From assembly GCA_964057225.1 (NCBI GenBank), contig OZ059896.1:21080001-21144000 (forward strand): DNA of 64,000 nucleotides, written 5' to 3'. The stretch comes from Auanema rhodensis (taxonomy: Eukaryota > Animalia > Nematoda). The translations under genes and the position numbers were made by a program. Position 1 is the first letter of the stretch. The number at the start of each line of letters is the position of its first letter. Below are positions 63,101 to 64,000 of the stretch, piece after piece. Under the pieces are notes generated by a model. That model ran no database searches, had not been told where the DNA came from, and saw nothing but the letters and a program-made list of their open reading frames with translations.

Positions 63101-64000
63101 TGTTTTTAGATTCCATTTTTCAAGGCAAAGACGATAGACAATGTTATTCAACGAAAAAATTAATTCTTCAGGGTGAAAATCGAGGATATAAGTGTGAACT
63201 TATATCAGTTGATATCTCGGTGCATTTTCAAGCTAGCGCAAATCTGATAACACAGATCGACGCAGCTTAAAAATCCGCATCGAATGCACTATACTACATT
63301 GAGAAACGCTTGATACAAAAATTAGTTATGATCGTTTGAAAAATGATGCATTAGTGTATGTTGAGTTTCCATGTACACTCAACATTGCTTCCAAAAACAT
63401 TTTGACAAAATTTTTTTCGAAAAATTTCAAAATAATTTAGCAAAAATTAGATGTTTTTAGATTCCTTTTTTTAAGGCAAAGACGATGGACAATGTTATTC
63501 AACGAAAAAATTAATTCTTCAGGGTGAAAATCGAGGATATAAGTGTGAACTTATATCAGTTGATATCTCGGTGCATTTTTAAGCTAGCGCAAATCTGATA
63601 ACACAGATCGACGCAGCTTAAAAATCCGCAACGAATGCACTATACTACATTGAGAAACGCTTAATACAAAAATTAGTTATGATCGTTTGAAAAATGATGC
63701 ATTAGTGTATGTTGAGTTTCCATGTACACTCAACATTGCTTCCAAAAACATTTTGACAAAATTTTTTTCGAAAAATTTCAAAATAATTTAGCAAAAAGTA
63801 GATGTTTTTAGATTCCATTTTTCAAGGCAAAGACGATAGACAATGTTATTCAACGAAAAAATTAATTCTTCAGGGTGAAAATCGAGGATATAAGTGTGAA
63901 CTTATATCAGTTGATATCTCGGTGCATTTTCAAGCTAGCGCAAATCTGATAACACAGATCGACGCAGCTTAAAAATCCGCATCGAATGCACTATACTACA
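54108..64000. repeat. Sub-domain IV (monomers 155-183): 'caaaattttttt' + 'aaaaattagat' alleles and GTAA-loop allele, with ~5-mer periodicity (1755 bp)
   Basis: These alleles first appear at about 54636/54672 and 56176. Monomers with cct+ggacg+gtaa start at 55863, 57618 and 59373 (spacing 1755), then 61479. Confidence 0.8.

Larger units (their letters stand above)
1..64000. repeat. 351-bp satellite DNA tandem array (182 full monomers + 65-bp partial; array runs off both window ends)
   Basis: tagcgcaaat recurs at 1, 352, 703 and onward, and stays in exact register at 7021, 14041, 21061, 28081, 35101, 42121 and 49141 (20x351 steps) and at 53704. After one 404-bp monomer the register resumes at 54108 and runs to 63936. 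Copies differ by only a handful of substitutions. Confidence 0.99.

Noticed and set aside
1-64000. CRISPR array interpretation (regular spacing, palindromic segments)
   Set aside because: There are no unique spacers: the entire 351 bp is repeated, and no cas genes or leader are present.
1-64000. Strand inversions or embedded transposon insertions
   Set aside because: None seen: register and orientation are continuous apart from the 53-bp duplication.

Overview
The whole 64 kb window is one uninterrupted head-to-tail tandem array of a 351-bp AT-rich monomer (monomer 1 is about 32% GC by hand count). It holds 182 complete monomers plus a 65-bp partial one, all in the same orientation. There are no credible genes, RNAs, transposon ORFs or CRISPR spacers. 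It looks like eukaryotic satellite DNA, plausibly (peri)centromeric and from a weakly CpG-methylated host such as an invertebrate, but this is inference and I cannot name the family or species. Monomers differ by only a few substitutions. These define four sub-domains with different higher-order periodicities: 7-mer, monomeric, a 2/6/7-mer mosaic, and 5-mer. Only one indel was found, a 53-bp internal tandem duplication at 53841-53946 that sits at a domain boundary. The monomer is packed with nested inverted repeats. Many variants, including multi-nucleotide ones, either perfect a quasi-palindrome or copy a nearby motif, which suggests template-switch mutagenesis. 'Offset' below means position within a monomer phased from tagcgcaaat, so offsets equal window coordinates for monomer 1. 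Variant typing was done by eye, and some singletons may have been missed.
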